Positions 14,898 to 24,164 of a stretch of DNA of 28,459 nt are shown piece by piece; positions within the stretch are counted from its first letter, which is position 1, and each line of letters starts with the position of its first letter. The stretch lies in IMG/VR virus record IMGVR_UViG_3300049009_000331, positions 1 to 28,459 of that record; one strand, 5' to 3'. The notes under the pieces are model-generated. The model was given only the letters and a program-made list of their open reading frames with translations. It ran no database searches and had not been told where the DNA came from. The stretch is from a virus (Duplodnaviria; Caudoviricetes). The translations under genes and the position numbers were made by a program.

Positions 14898-17542
14898 AGT
14901 ATTGTCATTGATATTAGTGAGATTACAGATGAGTCTCCTGCATTGGCATTCTGAACTGCTCCGATGATGTACTTGTCGGTAGTCCAATCCACAGCGATTG
15001 CAGAGAATGTGGTATTTTGGTAATCAGTTGCTATATTAGTCAATGCAACTGACATTATCTCAGTGTTGGTGGTTGCGTTTTTTACCGCTCCCGTCCTTAT
15101 CATTTGCTGCCCGAATGCTCCCGTCTGACCACCCGAATATACTCCCAATAAAACAGCACCCGTCAAGTTGTTTGCTGAGTTGGCATAGAGTCGAATGGTG
15201 TAGATACCAAGAGAGCCCGTCTTGCGACCTCTAAGCTTGAACTCAAGGATGTTGTTTGCCGCCACCGAGTTAGCCGTCACAAGCAATGACTGACTGAAGG
15301 TGTTTAATATTCCACTTGAAGCAGCTCCATCGGTTGCCGACTTGTAGATGCCCATTGTTGGAATGCTTATATCACCACTTCCAAGCAATGAAGTAGAGTT
15401 GATTGTCTTGATGTTCGTGCCGCTTACAAGTGCATCCTGCTTGGCTGTAAAGGTTATGAAGTCACTACTGCTCAGCGCACCTCTATTGGCAGCACTTGCT
15501 GTTGGTAGGTTAAAGGTATGAGTAGCAGTTGCGGATGATATAGCGAAGTCAGTGCCATTTGTTCCAACTGCAAGGTATTGCGTGTTGGCAGTTAACCCAT
15601 TTAATGCTGATATGCCTCCTGCGAAGTTAGTCACCACCTGACAAAGGTGGCTGTCCTGCGTGTGCATGTTGATTGTTCTACCTCCGACTGAGTTGACAAT
15701 ATAAACGCGAAGAGCAAGCCTGTCTGTTACCAGTAGTGTTGTCTGTGGAATAGCAAGGGATGTAAGGTAAAGGTCAATGCTTGTTCCTCCTGTTATGTTT
15801 TCTGGTGCTGCTGAACTATTGGCGATGGTTGTGAATGACCCATCGTACTTGAGCAACTCAACATAGAATGCTGGTGTACCACCTGCTGAAGAAGCTGACA
15901 TATAAATCTCAAAGTTCCAATTCCCTGCTGGTATCTCCAATCTGTTTGGGTCGTTTGCATCAGTCAGCCATTGGTTTATCAGTCCGTTTCCTGCCAAGCT
16001 GAAATCGACACCTGTACCAATGACAGCCGTTTGGCTCATCTGAAAGTATGTAGCAACAGATGCAGGAGTACCCCCGTTGAGGTAGTAGCTGACAGCAGAG
16101 CCTCCGCTTGCGTTGCTTGGTAGAGTAGCAAGTTGCCCATCGCCTCTGATGTATTGCGTTGCAAGTCCTGCGGCCGTGATGGCGATAGCTGGTGTGGTAG
16201 TTGGGTCAGTTACGGTTACAGATAACGCAGGAGGAACAGTAGCCGAAACCGATATCACAGTACCCGTTGGTAAAGTCGGGAATGGCGTTGGTGTTCCAGT
16301 GCCATCCAAGTAGTCAGTGCCTGCTCCTGTTGGCACATCGAACTTGCCATCGAAGGTGTTCCAATCGGTTGAGCTCAGGTAGCCATCAGTGCTTGCATCT
16401 GCCTGAGTGATGCTGATGTCGGGACTGCTGCCGCCGCTTGATGCGAGTGGAGCTGTTGCGGTTACACTGGTCACACCTCCAACTGCAACAACTGCCCAAA
16501 CAGCTGCACCGATTGTGGCATCACTGCAAAGGTAAACAGTGCCATCATCTAAACTCCATCGAGAACCTGCAACGAAGCCCTTGGTTGAGTCATCTGTTAC
16601 CTGAGGCACAAAGGTAAAGTTGTGCGTCACATCGCGAATGGTGAAGCCGTCTTGCTGCATGTAGTACAACCGCCCTGCTTCCCACTTCAGCTCATAATTA
16701 ATTGAGCATATTTGCGCAGTGCCCTTTGCTCCGCCGTTGCCTGCATCCGTTGTACCCTTGCGGAAGAAAGCACCATTATCAAATGAAAGCCCTGCATTTG
16801 CAATGAAGTCGATGTCGTTGGTTGTGCTGTTGCCTAAGTCGGTAACTTGTTGTAATGTTCCAACACCGCCGCCACCTCCGATGGCCACCAATGGATCAGC
16901 CGCTGTTCCATTTCCTGTGATGGTAACACCATCAACAGCAACCTCAGTAAGGCATGGCACGCAGGCAGGAAGATCCGGAAGCGGAATGTCGCCTGTTGCG
17001 CATGTATCATAGCAGCCGTCTTCGCTTGTTGTGATTACTTGCACATCCATATCAACAGAAACACAAGCCCATTCGTAGTTCGCTGTTAAGGTCTTAATCT
17101 CGTTTGCATATCCACTGGGCACAACCTCGTAGTTGATGACTCCGATGCTCTGCTTAAACAATGGGTCAGTACCACTCGTCAGCTTGTACACTCTGGAAGC
17201 AAGCCAATCCTGTGCATCCTCCGCATCGCATGGCAAGTGCGATTTGCGTACGATGGCATAAGCAGTCAGCGGAAATGTTGTGACATACAACTGCTTGCAG
17301 CCACTCATTCGATAAGCATCCGTTTTTGCTACCGATACCTTTCCACGCTTCGCCCAGAACAGCGTGCCGTTCTTTGCATCGAAGTTAGTAACAACTTCCG
17401 CTTGACCATTGCCGATGTAGTGCACCCAAGCTTTGTCGTTGCCATTCGCGTTAAGCTCGCAGAGATTGAATTGCTTGTCGAATATATTGGCGACCTCAAC
17501 ACGTTGGTTGAGCCTTTCGATTATGGTCTTAAGTAAATTCAT
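14894..17542 (-). CDS. Tail fibre protein with an N-terminal globular (tail-completion-like) domain
   Basis: Gly/Thr/Ser-rich fibre motifs TLQQVTDLGNSTTN, DGYLSSTDWNTF, QYIRGDG and KQDALVSGTNIKTINSTSLLGSGDI; 882 aa. Confidence 0.8.
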   Translation of the reverse strand: MNLLKTIIERLNQRVEVANIFDKQFNLCELNANGNDKAWVHYIGNGQAEVVTNFDAKNGTLFWAKRGKVSVAKTDAYRMSGCKQLYVTTFPLTAYAIVRKSHLPCDAEDAQDWLASRVYKLTSGTDPLFKQSIGVINYEVVPSGYANEIKTLTANYEWACVSVDMDVQVITTSEDGCYDTCATGDIPLPDLPACVPCLTEVAVDGVTITGNGTAADPLVAIGGGGGVGTLQQVTDLGNSTTNDIDFIANAGLSFDNGAFFRKGTTDAGNGGAKGTAQICSINYELKWEAGRLYYMQQDGFTIRDVTHNFTFVPQVTDDSTKGFVAGSRWSLDDGTVYLCSDATIGAAVWAVVAVGGVTSVTATAPLASSGGSSPDISITQADASTDGYLSSTDWNTFDGKFDVPTGAGTDYLDGTGTPTPFPTLPTGTVISVSATVPPALSVTVTDPTTTPAIAITAAGLATQYIRGDGQLATLPSNASGGSAVSYYLNGGTPASVATYFQMSQTAVIGTGVDFSLAGNGLINQWLTDANDPNRLEIPAGNWNFEIYMSASSAGGTPAFYVELLKYDGSFTTIANSSAAPENITGGTSIDLYLTSLAIPQTTLLVTDRLALRVYIVNSVGGRTINMHTQDSHLCQVVTNFAGGISALNGLTANTQYLAVGTNGTDFAISSATATHTFNLPTASAANRGALSSSDFITFTAKQDALVSGTNIKTINSTSLLGSGDISIPTMGIYKSATDGAASSGILNTFSQSLLVTANSVAANNILEFKLRGRKTGSLGIYTIRLYANSANNLTGAVLLGVYSGGQTGAFGQQMIRTGAVKNATTNTEIMSVALTNIATDYQNTTFSAIAVDWTTDKYIIGAVQNANAGDSSVISLISMTIL

Positions 17543-18000
17543 GGTTTGCTTATCTGATTTGAGATTTGCTCAACAAGTAAGTCTGCGTGTAGCTGCAACA
17601 TTGCTGCTTGCTCTTCTGCTGTTGGTTTAAATATTGTGCCGTAAAGTTTTTCCAATCCTGTCACCTTTCCAACTTCATCGGCTTGAATGTATATCGCTGA
17701 GCCATAGCCTTCATTAAACACTGAACCTTGATCTGTTGCAAATGACCGCTTAAGAAATCCTGTGAGCTCCAATGGAGGTCTGCCGTTCTTCTGTTTGATT
17801 AAAGCGTATGCAGGAGTGTAAGGCTTAGTCGGTAGCTTTTGCCCTGCCGTGTTACTTCCTCCGCTTGTGCCTGTTCCAAAGATTCTAATAAACATCTCGC
17901 GGCGCATATCTAAAACAGCGGCAGACAAAGGAGTAAACCCTCCGCTCCATTCTGCGAACAGCCCATCAATCCTTCCACTTATCTCTTTGGGCGTTGCCAT
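17539..18000 (-). CDS. Virion morphogenesis/neck protein (Mu gpG/HK97 gp10-like)
   Basis: Basic Y...K.K.GRPPLELTGFLKRS motif; position after the head-tail connector gene. Confidence 0.6.
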   Translation of the reverse strand: MATPKEISGRIDGLFAEWSGGFTPLSAAVLDMRREMFIRIFGTGTSGGSNTAGQKLPTKPYTPAYALIKQKNGRPPLELTGFLKRSFATDQGSVFNEGYGSAIYIQADEVGKVTGLEKLYGTIFKPTAEEQAAMLQLHADLLVEQISNQISKP

Positions 18001-19037
18001 TATGGAAGAGCAGTAACATACTTCATATTACGTCTGCAATCAAAGCACGTATTGTCGTCTGGCAGTCGCATGTTCTGCAACATGGCCGTGAGCTCTTCGC
18101 TATATCTCGTTGCTGCAATGTCTCGCCCTGCAATCATACCATCGTTAGGGTCGGAAGTTGCAAAGCCAGTGTTCACGCTGACAACTGTGTTCACCCTTTG
18201 GTTGGGGCTTATCGTCAAGCCGTAGTTATAAATCTCAACCGCCGTTGCATAAGCAAGCGGCATCGCCATCAATCCACCTATGCTGCATAGCCAAGCCTCT
18301 CTGTCGCAGTTGACATTGTACACCAAGCTCATCCCTTGCGTGTACTTCTTTGACTTGGAAGATAGCACGTTGAATCCGTCCGTTGTCAACTCGATTCCGA
18401 TGGCATCAACAAATGGGCAAACGTGCACCGCTCTTAGGTTACCTCCGCAATCAGTGCAGCTGCCCTTCTTAGGAATCATCTTGGTGGTGTCGTACAATGA
18501 CTCATAGACAAATGCCAAATCCATCTTGCGGCGGTTAGCCTTAAAGGTCTTGCCGATAAACTGCTCCACCGCTTCCGATTGGTAGAAGAAAGAATCAATC
18601 AGCTTCAAGGTGCTCATGTCGTAGACGAATATCTCGACAGGTGTTGACATCGTGTAGATGTCAATCTTGAAATTCGATAGGTAGAAGTTTAAAAAGCTTG
18701 ATGTGTTCGGGTCGATGGTAACTCTTATACCAGTATACTTTCCTGCACCTACTGCCGTGTCCACATTGCTTGCGTTGGTCACCACTTGACCGATGCGCTT
18801 GGACTCAACAACCGTGTCCGCTTTCATCATCGGACTCAAGCGACTCAAGATATCGGTTGACATCTTGCGCCAAGCGAATGCTCGCTTTGCTTCGAACAAG
18901 TCAACTCCGCTGTTGTACTGGTCTGTGATTAGCTGCCCGAGTAAAGTTTGATTGATACCAAGGTCGTCAATGTAAAGCCCTGTTGTTGGCTCTGGTCTAT
19001 CGCAACCTTGCAAGCCGAGTAAAGATTCGTAGCACAT
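18000..19037 (-). CDS. Putative head-tail connector/structural protein (345 aa)
   Basis: Immediately downstream of the major capsid gene, with its own -7 element. Confidence 0.55.
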   Translation of the reverse strand: MCYESLLGLQGCDRPEPTTGLYIDDLGINQTLLGQLITDQYNSGVDLFEAKRAFAWRKMSTDILSRLSPMMKADTVVESKRIGQVVTNASNVDTAVGAGKYTGIRVTIDPNTSSFLNFYLSNFKIDIYTMSTPVEIFVYDMSTLKLIDSFFYQSEAVEQFIGKTFKANRRKMDLAFVYESLYDTTKMIPKKGSCTDCGGNLRAVHVCPFVDAIGIELTTDGFNVLSSKSKKYTQGMSLVYNVNCDREAWLCSIGGLMAMPLAYATAVEIYNYGLTISPNQRVNTVVSVNTGFATSDPNDGMIAGRDIAATRYSEELTAMLQNMRLPDDNTCFDCRRNMKYVTALP

Positions 19038-19055
19038 TGGCCTTTGATTTTTTTA

Positions 19056-19063
19056 CAAAGATA
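19056..19063 (-). promoter_or_regulatory. -7 element TATCTTTG immediately after the capsid terminator
   Basis: TAnnTTTG match 18 nt before the ATG at 19037. Confidence 0.5.
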
Positions 19064-19093
19064 AATAAAAAAGGAGAGGCTTGCACCTCTCCC
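19064..19093 (-). terminator. Rho-independent terminator after the major capsid gene
   Basis: GGAGAGG-TGCAAG-CCTCTCC followed by TTTTTTATTT. Confidence 0.85.
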
Positions 19094-19098
19094 TTAAT

Positions 19099-19185
19099 TC
19101 ATTGTGTCAGCAAATTATCGCTGCCCTCGCTCAACAGATCATCCGAGCCTTCGCTCAGTAGATTCTGCGAGCTCGTTATGGGTTT
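19099..19185 (-). other. Predicted -1 frameshift site (A AAC CCA TAA) and 26-codon C-terminal extension of the capsid protein
   Basis: The -1 frame reads ITSSQNLLSEGSDDLLSEGSDNLLTQ*, ending just before the terminator. Confidence 0.7.
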
Positions 19186-20219
19186 ACGATTGATACGCAG
19201 TTAACGTAGTTAACACCTGCATACTTATCGCCTGCCTCGTAGATGTCAGTCGGCAATGTTGCGATGATACCAGTTGTAGTCAATACAATTGATAAGTTAC
19301 CGCAATCATCCTTCATCGTCAAGTCAACTGGAACTCCTGCCGGTGTGAACACCAACGTCTTAGAGTAGTTGCTTCCTGCTGTTGGAGTGATGCCTGTGTT
19401 CCAATCTGCAAGGTTGAATGACAACCACTGGATTGCTCCTGCTGTTGTAATCAATGCAGATGTTTGGTCACCTTGTGCAGCTGCCAAACGAGCATCATAA
19501 GCAAAGCCGAAACCGTTCTGCTGAGTGATTGCAAGTAAGTCAATGCCGTACTGAGTGCAGCATCCTGCTGCCATCGCGTTAGCATAACGCTGCATCGCTG
19601 CTCCACCGAATGCAATTGGTGCACTTGGGTAGTTAGCCATGCGTGTTGCTTGCTGAATATCAGCGATAGCGAATGCGTTCGGCTCATTAGTGCCTGCCAT
19701 TGTTTCAACCTCTAAGCAGTCACCCGTTACCGTGTAGAATCCTTCTACCTCAGTTCCCCAGTTACCGATTGCAGCAACAGCTTGAACAGCAGCAGCAGAT
19801 GCAACCTTGCGGTCTAACACATCCATCAAGCGCATGATTGACTCTAATACGTAGCGGCTGTTCTCTTGGCAATGACGAGCGATGTCCGCTGCATTAATCA
19901 ATTGAGATGCTGTGTACGTGTCAGTTGTTTCAACCGTGTAAGTTGTTGTGCTGTCGCCGTAAGTGTTAGCAGAAGTACAAGTAAGGATGTCGCCACCTTC
20001 TTCAACTTCCGTCTCAGGCAAACGCTGAATCCAACGAGCTTGAACCGTCTTAAGTTTCCCGTTACCTGGAGCAACCTCTGTGCGGATCATCTTCGCGTTT
20101 TCTGGAGACAATAAGAATTCAAGGAATGGAAGCTGCTCGCGTTGACCAACCTCTAAAAATAATTCGCCCAGTGACATTTGCACGTTAGGGCATTCAGATA
20201 GTATTCTTGAAATAGACAT
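19176..20219 (-). CDS. Major capsid protein
   Basis: 347 aa; follows the scaffold gene and is bracketed by a promoter element and a strong terminator. Confidence 0.8.
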   Translation of the reverse strand: MSISRILSECPNVQMSLGELFLEVGQREQLPFLEFLLSPENAKMIRTEVAPGNGKLKTVQARWIQRLPETEVEEGGDILTCTSANTYGDSTTTYTVETTDTYTASQLINAADIARHCQENSRYVLESIMRLMDVLDRKVASAAAVQAVAAIGNWGTEVEGFYTVTGDCLEVETMAGTNEPNAFAIADIQQATRMANYPSAPIAFGGAAMQRYANAMAAGCCTQYGIDLLAITQQNGFGFAYDARLAAAQGDQTSALITTAGAIQWLSFNLADWNTGITPTAGSNYSKTLVFTPAGVPVDLTMKDDCGNLSIVLTTTGIIATLPTDIYEAGDKYAGVNYVNCVSIVNP

Positions 20220-20327
20220 GATGATAGTCGTTTGTAATTGTAGAATTGTTGCATCGTATTCTAAAGGCTGATGCGCTGATGCCTACTTTTTTGCAGCTGA
20301 AGTCCTGCCGACTACCATAGAGAATCA

Positions 20328-20335
20328 CAAAGGTA
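20328..20335 (-). promoter_or_regulatory. -7 element TACCTTTG upstream of the capsid leader
   Basis: TAnnTTTG match about 108 nt before the capsid ATG, directly after the terminator U-tract. Confidence 0.55.
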
Positions 20336-20369
20336 AATAAAAAAAGCCGCACTCATAACAAGCGCGGCT
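20336..20369 (-). terminator. Rho-independent terminator after the scaffold gene
   Basis: AGCCGCGCTT-GTTAT-GAGTGCGGCT stem followed by a T-run. Confidence 0.8.
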
Positions 20370-20400
20370 CTAAAAACATTAATACCCTATGCAAAGATAC

Positions 20401-21222
20401 TTATTTTTGGTAGAATCGTGGATTAATTCCTTTTAATTTTTTCTCTGATGCCGCCTCAAGTTGAGGTATCAATGGATTGCGTGCAGGAAACTTAGCCCCT
20501 GCATGTGGATTCTTTTGAATGATGCCTGCCTCTGTTGCCTCACGAATAAGCACATCGCTCATTGTTAGGAATGAGCCTGCTTTCTCCTTGCTCTTAAGCC
20601 GCTCGCCTGTTGCCTTATCCTTAACCACAAATGCGCCGTCCTCTTCAAGGTCGATTGCATACTTATCTGTGACTGCCGACTTAAAGCCGCGAATGGTGTA
20701 CTCGTTAACACTTGGGTCAAGCTTCAATGCGCTGAGCTCCTTCTCAAATGAGCTGTTGATTTTGCTTGTCTTGATGTCTGTTGCAACTTGCACCTTGTAA
20801 GACTCAAACTGAGTCATCACATCTTGGCGTGCACTGTCGAGCTCGTTGCTCTTGCGCTCAAGTGTCTTGTATTTTTTCTCCCACTCTTGGAGCAGTGCTT
20901 CACTGCCGTTGCCAGATGCACGCTTCTCCCAATCTTCGCGCTGCTTCTCGTATTCGCTCTTGGCTCTTTCTGATGCATTGCGGATTACTTCCTCAACCTT
21001 CTGCCCTTTGAAGTCCTCATCGGTGAGCACGATGCCAAACGGCTCAAATGCTTTGCGTGTTACGTTGGCTATTGTGCCTGTAAGCTTTCCAATCTTGCCG
21101 CTTACCTCTTCCTGCTTAATCCAATTTTCTTGGAACTTTTCTTTTGCCGCTTCGAGGTCGGCTGCTTCTTCGAGGTTTAAGAACTTCATCAGCTCCAGTG
21201 CTTCCTCCTGTTTGATTGCCAT
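20401..21222 (-). CDS. Capsid scaffolding protein
   Basis: Glu/Lys-rich coiled coil, 273 aa, between the minor head and capsid genes. Confidence 0.75.
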   Translation of the reverse strand: MAIKQEEALELMKFLNLEEAADLEAAKEKFQENWIKQEEVSGKIGKLTGTIANVTRKAFEPFGIVLTDEDFKGQKVEEVIRNASERAKSEYEKQREDWEKRASGNGSEALLQEWEKKYKTLERKSNELDSARQDVMTQFESYKVQVATDIKTSKINSSFEKELSALKLDPSVNEYTIRGFKSAVTDKYAIDLEEDGAFVVKDKATGERLKSKEKAGSFLTMSDVLIREATEAGIIQKNPHAGAKFPARNPLIPQLEAASEKKLKGINPRFYQK

Positions 21223-21337
21223 AGTCTATTGTTATTGGTGTTAGTTTCAATTCTCTTGCTCCTCGCTTGATAAGTTCTTTAGCGAGTACATCAGTGGCAC
21301 GCTTGATAGTGCCATCGCTCATGATGTAGTAAGTCAT
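21116..21337 (-). CDS. Small hypothetical protein overlapping the scaffold start
   Basis: ATG 4 nt after a TATCTTTG element (21349-21342); fills the gap 21223-21337. Confidence 0.5.
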   Translation of the reverse strand: MTYYIMSDGTIKRATDVLAKELIKRGARELKLTPITIDYGNQTGGSTGADEVLKPRRSSRPRSGKRKVPRKLD

Positions 21338-21361
21338 GAAGCAAAGATATAAAAGTTTTGA

Positions 21362-22270
21362 TTATGTATAACCTTCTGCCTTCGCTCTTGCTTTAACTGA
21401 AGCAGGCACACGCTGAGCTATCACTGGCACAAGGAAGTGGCGGCAGTTCCAACCACCAACAAAGGTGAAGATACTGCGTGAGTCAGTGCCGTCTATGCGC
21501 CCTGCCCATGTGCCGTTGCTAATATCGTTGATGCCTGCGCTGTTTTCCCCATCGCCCCATGCCTCAATCTCCTTGCGATGGAAGATAGCACCTTCACGAT
21601 GTTCGCAGAACGGTCTTGTGGTAGGTATCTCGCCGCCAAGGTATTGGAAGTACTCAATGCCGAGCTCTTCATTGACAGCCGCTGAATAGCTTCTATCGGC
21701 AATGGCTTGAGCCGTGTTGGCAGTGGTGCGTACGTTGGCAAGTAGCCTGCCGTCTGTTGTCTCTGTTCCTTCAATCACTCCTTGCAATGCTTTCACTGCT
21801 TGGTTGAGCGGAGCACGAGCGGCTACGTTTGCCGTAAGCTGCTCAAGGAATGGAACGGTTACATTGTCACGCAGCCCCGAGCCAAAGAAGGCATTGATTG
21901 CATTCTGCTTGGAGATGGCAAGTAGTTGCTTCTGAACATTGTCAGGCTCAAAGGTGCTGTTGATTTTTCTTGCGATGTCATCGGTCAGCTGAACACCTTC
22001 ATCGATGGAGCTCAAGAAGGATTGCACAGCATCTTTATATTCGCCGCCTGCCAGTACCTTATTGAGCTCCTCTGTTATCAGTCCAATTCGTCGAATGTTA
22101 TCCTCGGTCTGTCGGATGTTGCCTGTTGCATCAACATCCATCTCTGCGAGTAGCGGACTGAGCTTGCGCCACGCATCTCGCTGTGCCTTCTCTGCCGCCG
22201 TGATAATAGTCTCCGGAACAGTCTCGAGCAGCTTAATCTTTCGCGCAACAAGTTCATCAAATGATGCCAT
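21362..22270 (-). CDS. Minor head/head morphogenesis protein (SPP1 gp7/Mu gpF-like)
   Basis: TTRPFC and GGWNCRH motifs; directly after the portal gene. Confidence 0.85.
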   Translation of the reverse strand: MASFDELVARKIKLLETVPETIITAAEKAQRDAWRKLSPLLAEMDVDATGNIRQTEDNIRRIGLITEELNKVLAGGEYKDAVQSFLSSIDEGVQLTDDIARKINSTFEPDNVQKQLLAISKQNAINAFFGSGLRDNVTVPFLEQLTANVAARAPLNQAVKALQGVIEGTETTDGRLLANVRTTANTAQAIADRSYSAAVNEELGIEYFQYLGGEIPTTRPFCEHREGAIFHRKEIEAWGDGENSAGINDISNGTWAGRIDGTDSRSIFTFVGGWNCRHFLVPVIAQRVPASVKARAKAEGYT

Positions 22271-24164
22271 TTAGTAGAGTCTGTTGTGCTTGTGCAATTG
22301 GGTCGAGTGTCACTGCAATCTTTTCCGCTGCCTTCGCTCTGAGTGCTGCAATCTGTTGGCTCATTGGTAGGTCGAAGAATGCCGGTGCTTCCTCTGTCGG
22401 TATGTAGTCACGCATCAGCTCCATCACAAGTTGAGGTGCTGAGTTGTGGAGAACATCTTGCCACTTTTCAACTGTGCCACTTGCAAGGCGAGCAAGAACA
22501 TCAGCGTTGCTCATTAAGAGCAACTCGTCAGCGTTCACTATTAGCTCGAATAGAGCACTGCTTTCTTCGTCAGTGTAGTTGATTGCTCTGATGTAGTTGT
22601 ACACGTTGGAGTAAGTTACCGCAGGCGGCACTCCTGCCTTCACTCCTTCGCTGATGATAGCAAGGTAATCACTTGGAGTGCTGATGTCGAATGATGTCGG
22701 ATAAACTAAGTTGACACCGCCAAACAAATCACCATAACGCATGCGCCCCATTGTCACCAAGCAGAACTCATAGATGGTGAATAGCTGGTCACTGATAGGC
22801 TTCACGAATGCGTACAATGCGCGAAGCTTGTTTAAGCTTCCTGTTGCAGTCGATGCCTCGCCGATAGTTCCACTTTCATCGCTCGATGGAAGATGCAGGA
22901 TACGTCTTGCCTTAGCCATCTGCTGCTCAATCTCTGAGCGCAGGAAGTTAAGCGTGTCCATCGGAGGACTTACAAACTTAAGGTACTCGCCGCTAAGTCC
23001 GCTGTCGCCTTCGCTTAGTGATGTCTTAGGCTTAATCAAGAGCATACCCGTTGGACTAAATCGGCTCTTTACTCCACTACCTGAGCAGGAAGAGCAAGTG
23101 CGATAGCCGCCATTAATCGGATCGAATATCTGCCCGTCATTACACTTGTTGCCTTCGCGGTCGATGAACTCGCATATCTCCCCAAGTGCCACCATAAATG
23201 GGAATGCACTTGTGGCCTTGCTCATCTGCAAGTAACTCTCATCGAGTACCACCTGGTCAAGCAATGGCACTGCTGTGATGAATGGCGATTGGAATGCAAT
23301 CTCGTCTTGTATCAGTTGAGGTGATCCCATCAGCTTGATGCATGGCACATAGCCAAGATTATGCTGAAAGTATAGCACTGGCTCACTGAAAGTCATGTCA
23401 CCCTTCTTGCCTGTCTGCTCAATCTTGTAGATGGCATTTTGATCGTAGAGGTATAACACGATGCCGCTCTCTTCCGTCTTGCTACCAACCTTCACATAGC
23501 TGTGGTCATCGCTTATCACCAAGTAATACTCGCCGAACTTCTGCCCTACAATGTTCTTGCAGTTGTAGTAAGTCGGCATTGGGCGAAGCAGCTCATTGCC
23601 CATCACTGGCTCTTCAAACTCTTCGTCATCCAAGTACTGAATGTCATCTGGGTAGATGGCAATGATACCATTGGCATCGACAAGCTTCAGCGTTGGAAGC
23701 ATATTCTTGACGAACATTTCCAAGGAGCCGAACTTCTCAATCTCAGTATTGACATACCGCTGAAATGTCTCCTCGCCAAATCTCGGGTCTATCTCAGCTG
23801 AGTATCTGATGCTCCAGTTCTGATCTGCGAATGCTCTGCTTATCGTTGCTCTGAAGTCCTCAAACACACTCAAGGTTGTTGCCTTGTAGTTCGCCTTGAT
23901 GTACAACGCTTGCGCATCCGTTTGATTGGGAGCACGCACCGAAAGCAAGTGCTCAGGATAAACATCGGAGCGGCTATGCGGCAAGATGCTATCATACATC
24001 TTGGCGGCAAAGTTGTAACCGCTCCAATATTCTGGATACATCCCACCTGCTCGCTGCTTAGTGATAGGGTTGAGCGGCGATGATTGACTCATCTGCTCCC
24101 ATCCCTTTCGCTTAGCGGCGAATCGGTTTACTATCTTGGTAATATCCTCAGAGCTTAGTGCCAT
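22257..24164 (-). CDS. Portal protein
   Basis: 635 aa, upstream of minor head/scaffold/capsid; HNLGYVPCIKL segment and an internal Cys cluster (CSSCSGSG). Confidence 0.8.
   Translation of the reverse strand: MALSSEDITKIVNRFAAKRKGWEQMSQSSPLNPITKQRAGGMYPEYWSGYNFAAKMYDSILPHSRSDVYPEHLLSVRAPNQTDAQALYIKANYKATTLSVFEDFRATISRAFADQNWSIRYSAEIDPRFGEETFQRYVNTEIEKFGSLEMFVKNMLPTLKLVDANGIIAIYPDDIQYLDDEEFEEPVMGNELLRPMPTYYNCKNIVGQKFGEYYLVISDDHSYVKVGSKTEESGIVLYLYDQNAIYKIEQTGKKGDMTFSEPVLYFQHNLGYVPCIKLMGSPQLIQDEIAFQSPFITAVPLLDQVVLDESYLQMSKATSAFPFMVALGEICEFIDREGNKCNDGQIFDPINGGYRTCSSCSGSGVKSRFSPTGMLLIKPKTSLSEGDSGLSGEYLKFVSPPMDTLNFLRSEIEQQMAKARRILHLPSSDESGTIGEASTATGSLNKLRALYAFVKPISDQLFTIYEFCLVTMGRMRYGDLFGGVNLVYPTSFDISTPSDYLAIISEGVKAGVPPAVTYSNVYNYIRAINYTDEESSALFELIVNADELLLMSNADVLARLASGTVEKWQDVLHNSAPQLVMELMRDYIPTEEAPAFFDLPMSQQIAALRAKAAEKIAVTLDPIAQAQQTLLNGII

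Noticed and set aside
3313-22260. Other same-strand nested ORFs (3313-3636, 4742-4978, 10310-10624, 12661-12924, 19451-19708, 21493-21774 and others)
   Set aside because: They are short alternative-frame ORFs in GC-richer genes with no domain signature, unlike the nested nuclease at 5402-5977.
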